Shown: positions 62,325 through 64,000 of the stretch, piece by piece | Numbering within the stretch: position 1 is the first letter of the stretch | Layout: each line of letters starts with the position of its first letter | DNA from: Vicugna vicugna | Taxonomy: Eukaryota | Direction of reading: 5' to 3' | DNA length: 64,000 bases | Assembly: GCA_013265495.1 (NCBI GenBank) | Contig: MU058824.1 | Location: forward strand, 3,189,111 to 3,253,110 | The notes under the pieces: generated by a model | What the model was told of the DNA's origin: nothing | Databases searched by the model: none | The model's input: the letters and a program-made list of their open reading frames with translations, nothing else | Program-made: the position numbers and the translations under genes

Positions 62325-63330
62325 CCTATAAATATTTTTTGAGCACCTACTATGTGCCAAGCTCTGGGCTAGGTACAAAAATATAGCAGGGATTAAGGCT
62401 TGGTCCCTGCCCTCAAGGGTCTCCTAGTCTAGCAGATAAATCAAACATAAACAATTACAATACTGGGGTGTGAATACCACAATGGGGGTAGGGGGCAGGT
62501 ACAGGAAGGATATATGTCACAGAGGAGGAGAAATCAGGGAAAGTTTACATGAAAAGAGGAAACTGTCCCAGTATTTCATGTTTGGAATATATTCATCCCA
62601 CTCCAATCCAAATTCTATTCCACTCTGGAGCCTTGTCATAGAACCTTGTGGCATTTTGGCTTGTGTTAGTCCCTGTGGGCTGGGTTTATCTCCCCCATTC
62701 CATTCAGTATAATTCACTCCATATGATGACTGGGCCAGCTATGCTGTGGGAGAGGAAGATGACAAAGCCAATCCCAGAACCAGTTCCTCAGAGGGACTGG
62801 CTGGAAGCAAACACTGAACCGTGAGGGAAGGACAAGCCAAGTGCATTGAAGGATAATGTAGGATCAATGACATCCCATTAGAGGAGACCAACATCATGGG
62901 ATGCTTTAGGGAGGCAGTGGCACTGGAAATGAATTTTGAAATTTGGGCAAGCTCTGTCTAGTCAGAGATGGAAAGGGGAGGCATGCTGTGCCTTGTAACA
63001 GACTCAGGGAAAGGAGGAAGATGGGGAGAAAACGAAGACAGTGAGCTTAAGGGCTGACATGGAGGAGGGCAGTGTGTTTAGAGGAAAACCTGGAAAGGTT
63101 CATTTGGACCAATCTGTGGGGTCTTTAATACTGGTAAGATATCTGTATTTAATGTGTTGGCAACAGGAAGCCATTTTGAATGAAGAGTTATGTGACCAAA
63201 GTTGGTTTGTATGGATTATGGCTGAGGACATAAGAGACGGGGAGACCAGTTAGGGGGTGATGGCAATAGTCCCTGTGAGAGGAACTGCAGGGACTGCTGA
63301 GAAGTGGAAGTAGAGATGGAGAACTGGCAC
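62325..63330 (-). mobile_element. L2 fragments
   Basis: aaatattttttgagcacctactatgtgccaagctctgggctagg...tggtccctgccctcaagg; ggggagaccagttaggggg...gcaatagtcc. Confidence 0.75.
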
Positions 63331-64000
63331 CCTGGAGTCACAGACTGAGTGTCACCCATTTGTGTCCCCATCATGTCCAGCACTGTCTCCTTTCCTAATT
63401 AAGTTTCATAAGTATTTCTGAAATTGAACTGTATAAAGATTCCATTTGAAAGTATGAATTTATGTCTTGCAGGTTGTTGTCTTTTTTGTTTGAATCCTGT
63501 CACCTAAGTTAGCCAGTTCCAAGTCATAGAAGGTTCCTGCCCAAGGCTGTCATTACTGACATTTATGAGGCACCTCAGGGAAGTGGCGCCTCATTCACAG
63601 TCCTCAATTAGTTAATGCACCATTTTAATTGGTCTACAGCTGTCTGTGTGGACAGAGCTGGCTTCCTTTCTGGAGTCAACTGGGGCTGCCACACCCTTTC
63701 CTGCCAGCTCAGGCTTCTGGAACCTCACTGGCTGAGAAGATTCAGGAGCCTGCTAAGCTACAAAGCATGCAAAGAATGGTCTCTCTGGGGAGTGTTAATG
63801 ACCACATCAGGGCAAGTCTCCAGTAAACTCCCCATCACTTTGACAGGCATTTCTAGGAAAGCTAGGAGGAGGGTAGAGCAGAGGCAAACTGTAAGGACCA
63901 CCTGTGGTGTGACCCTAAAATTCCAGATGAGGTCTGATATTTATATCATAGAGATCTGTTAAAATGGTTAAGATGATCCATTAAAATAGTTCAGGTGACC

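Noticed and set aside
1..64000. CRISPR arrays, operons, rRNA, snRNA or a novel multi-gene system
   Set aside because: The sequence is mammalian intronic/intergenic DNA; I saw no regularly spaced repeat-spacer array, long CDS or recognisable structural RNA gene

Overview
Mammalian, almost certainly camelid (camel/alpaca/llama), non-coding genomic DNA. The assignment rests on five copies of a tRNA-derived SINE matching what I know as the camelid Vic-1 family, plus young L1 3' ends. The centre of the window holds a CpG island (~32500-33250) with GC boxes and a strong minus-strand splice donor (CAG|GTAAGG at 32746/32745). This is best read as the promoter and non-coding first exon of a leftward gene, making 1-32745 mostly intron 1 and 33250-64000 upstream or intergenic. 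I cannot name the gene, and no protein-coding exon can be confirmed. The listed ORFs are GC-rich shadow ORFs, chance ORFs or degenerate L1 remnants. The rest is dense in interspersed repeats (L1, HAL1-like, L2, L3/CR1, MIR, MaLR/ERVL LTRs, hAT MITEs); family names come from recalled consensus motifs and boundaries of old repeats are approximate. I found no evidence of a new biological system. The most interesting details are: a 5'-intact, 3'-truncated L1 nested in an ORF1-like element; a templated-insertion-like scar at 52498-52547; an unclassified TIR element near the promoter; candidate alternative 5' exons on the minus strand; and candidate plus-strand lncRNA exons.
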